A model generated the notes under the pieces. The model searched no databases, was not told the origin of the DNA, and worked only from the letters and a program-made list of their open reading frames with translations. A stretch of DNA of 24,027 nt from positions 1 through 24,027 of the IMG/VR virus record IMGVR_UViG_3300035135_000571, one strand, 5' to 3'. Shown in pieces: positions 22,257 through 24,027 of the stretch (position 1 is its first letter; each line of letters opens with the position of its first letter). Source of the stretch: a virus. Its lineage: Duplodnaviria > Caudoviricetes. Both the position numbers and the translations under genes were made by a program.

Positions 22257-24027
22257 ATGTCAGACGTAAGGATTGCAGATCTTCCTGTACTTCTGCAGGC
22301 TGACTTAGACGCGGCTGACGTTCTTCCCATTGAAGACACGTCTGCAAGTGAAACTAAGAAGATAACCAGTAAAGAGCTAGTTCAAGGCGGCGTAATCACG
22401 CTAATCGACGACGGCGTTATTCCTGGGGCGAAACTTGTAAGTGGCGGCGTTGACACTCTGCAGCTAGCCAGTGACGCTGTAACTGAAATCAAGATTATTG
22501 ACGGTGCCGTTACCACCGCAAAAATTGCTGATAGTTCTGTAACTACCGCCAAGTTTGCAGCAGGTGCAATCGATTCAGCTGCGATTGCAACCGGGGGCGT
22601 TACTACTGCGAAATTAGCTGATGCCTCAGTCACCAATGTAAAACTTGCTGTTGACGCGGTAGCGACCACCAACATTTCGGACGACAGTGTTACAAGTGCA
22701 AAAATTGCTGCTGGTGCAGTAGACACAACCGCTTTAGCAGATGATTCTGTAAATAGCGCAAAAATTGCAGACGACGCAGTTGGCACTACTGAAATTGCTA
22801 ATGATGCAGTCACAGCCGACAAAATTGCCGCCGGTGCGGTTGATTCAACAGCCATTGCAACAGATGCTGTTACTACAACTGAAATTGCGGACAGCGCAGT
22901 AACTGCAGCAAAACTTAGTGCAGGTGCAGTAACAAGCACAAAGTTAGCATCTAACTCCGTTGGTAATGCCAACATAATTGGTGGGACTATCGGCTTTGAA
23001 AAAACTAATTTTGCTGATGGCTCAGTCCCTGGCGCAAAACTCACTGATAGTTCTGTAACAGCTGCAAAACTAGCTGCTGATGCTGTAACCGGCCCAGCCA
23101 TTGCAGATCGCGTAATTGGCGCAGTAAATATTCAACTCAACTCCATCACTAATGCAGAGCTTGCTTCAAACTCTGTTGAAAGCGCTGAGATTGCAAATAA
23201 TGCAGTAACCGAAGACAAGATCAACCTTTTAGCAGTTACTACTGGCAAGATTGCAGATGGCGCAGTAACTGATGATAAAGTTGCCACCGGCATCGCCGGT
23301 TCAAAACTTACAGATGACAGCGTAACTGCTGCGAAAATTCCTACAGCATCCCTGGATCGTGGACTAGACAAGACTTCAGGCAGTATTGGACACACGAATA
23401 GCGTCACCCCAAACACAACTTCTGGGATCACTTTTGACGCGCAAGGTCACATTACAGCTACGACTGCACTTGTCGCAGCTGATCTTCCTGAAGCAACTTC
23501 TGCTGCTATTGGTGCAGTTTCAGTTCCAACTGATTCTGGTCTAACCGTAGATGCTGCCGGTCAAATCAGCATCGACAACACCGTCACTGCTGCAACCGCG
23601 CCGTTAATTACTTTTGACGAGCACGGTCTAATCACTGGCTCTAGTTCTTTAACTAGCGCCGATCTTCCTCTTGCTACTTCGACTGCAGCTGGTGCGGTTA
23701 TCGTTCCAACAACTTCTGGCTTAGAAGTTGACGCTTCTGGCAACATCTTTATCCCAGATCAAGCTCAGATTGCAAATGCCGCAACATTTACCAAAGTAAC
23801 GGTTAACGAGCAAGGAATTGTCACTGCTGGAACAACTCTTGCTGCAGCTGACATTCCAGACATCAGCGCTGCAACATTGACAAGCGGCACTCTTCCAGCT
23901 GGCCGCATTGCAAATGATTATGTAACCGGCGCAATGATGGCCGATAGTTCGACTGCCAAGTTTGGCGGCGCGAACGATAGTGGCGGCATTGTCGTTTTCC
24001 CCAGTGCAGATTACAAAGGTCAGTTCT
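22257..24027 (+). CDS. Long repeat-rich tail fibre protein (3' truncated, at least 590 aa; not in ORF track)
   Basis: ATG 22257 (MSDVRIADLP...ETKKITSKELV) with no in-frame stop to the window end; decapeptide repeats then ~60-aa repeats. Confidence 0.88.
   Translation, partial: MSDVRIADLPVLLQADLDAADVLPIEDTSASETKKITSKELVQGGVITLIDDGVIPGAKLVSGGVDTLQLASDAVTEIKIIDGAVTTAKIADSSVTTAKFAAGAIDSAAIATGGVTTAKLADASVTNVKLAVDAVATTNISDDSVTSAKIAAGAVDTTALADDSVNSAKIADDAVGTTEIANDAVTADKIAAGAVDSTAIATDAVTTTEIADSAVTAAKLSAGAVTSTKLASNSVGNANIIGGTIGFEKTNFADGSVPGAKLTDSSVTAAKLAADAVTGPAIADRVIGAVNIQLNSITNAELASNSVESAEIANNAVTEDKINLLAVTTGKIADGAVTDDKVATGIAGSKLTDDSVTAAKIPTASLDRGLDKTSGSIGHTNSVTPNTTSGITFDAQGHITATTALVAADLPEATSAAIGAVSVPTDSGLTVDAAGQISIDNTVTAATAPLITFDEHGLITGSSSLTSADLPLATSTAAGAVIVPTTSGLEVDASGNIFIPDQAQIANAATFTKVTVNEQGIVTAGTTLAAADIPDISAATLTSGTLPAGRIANDYVTGAMMADSSTAKFGGANDSGGIVVFPSADYKGQF
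22404..23336 (+). repeat. About 31 tandem 10-aa (30-nt) coding repeats, consensus (I/L)ADxAVTxAK
   Basis: e.g. IIDGAVTTAK IADSSVTTAK ... IANDAVTADK ... IADGAVTDDK; register broken only by one +2 aa and one -1 aa event. Confidence 0.92.
23427..23858 (+). repeat. Two full and one partial ~60-aa coding repeats in the fibre
   Basis: ITFDAQGHIT...ADLPEAT...GAVSVPTDSGLTVDAAG / ITFDEHGLIT...ADLPLAT...GAVIVPTTSGLEVDASG / VTVNEQGIVT...ADIP. Confidence 0.85.

Larger units (their letters stand above)
1..24027 (+). mobile_element. Siphovirus-type phage/prophage genome segment (late replication genes, packaging, head, neck and tail modules), probable picocyanobacterial host
   Basis: Co-oriented, frequently overlapping (ATGA/TAATG) genes in canonical order terS-terL-portal-minor head-scaffold-capsid-neck-tail tube-chaperone-tape measure-tip-fibre; no sheath gene; cyanobacterial AbrB-like gene. 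No host genes or att site visible, so free phage vs prophage cannot be decided. Confidence 0.95.

Noticed and set aside
308-22339. Other minus-strand or nested ORFs in the track (e.g. 2291..2665, 5577..5987, 9108..9521, 9602..9907, 17682..18158, 21011..21373)
   Set aside because: They overlap well-supported + strand genes, show no recognisable motifs, and the window is uniformly + oriented.
22404-23336. 30-nt periodicity as a CRISPR array or DGR template/variable repeat
   Set aside because: No identical repeat with unique spacers, no adenine-specific variant pair and no reverse transcriptase or cas gene in the window; periodicity is at the protein level.
22382-23746. Minus-strand ORFs 22382..23101, 23132..23431 and 23561..23746
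   Set aside because: Antisense shadows of the Ala/Thr/Asp-rich repeat fibre gene on the + strand, which the track omitted because it has no stop in the window.

Overview
A single-strand (+), tightly packed segment of a long non-contractile-tailed (siphovirus-type) phage or prophage, very probably infecting picocyanobacteria (it carries a cyanobacterial-type AbrB regulator). Order: end of a replication/early module of small ORFs (1-2074, incl. a ribbon-helix-helix protein), terminase small and large subunits, cyAbrB, portal, SPP1-gp7/Mu-gpF-like minor head protein, three small basic proteins, scaffold, major capsid, head-tail adaptor, three tandem paralogous beta-rich microproteins, neck proteins, tail tube, tail chaperone with a -1 frameshift, tape measure, tail-tip genes, two further tail-tube paralogues and a long repeat-rich fibre gene that runs off the right edge. 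Several real ORFs are missing from the supplied track (1562-1687, 7264-7329, 9675-9848, 13569-13757, 22257->end). The most interesting unexplained signals are regulatory and architectural: four hairpins sharing a YUACG loop around the scaffold and capsid start sites, an intrinsic terminator buried in a translated micro-ORF after the capsid gene, -10-like hexamers repeatedly fused to stop codons, the paralogue triplet in the neck region, and three tail-tube-fold genes. No tRNA/rRNA, CRISPR array, integrase, lysis gene or IS element was recognised. All family assignments are by-eye motif recognition plus synteny; no database search was run.
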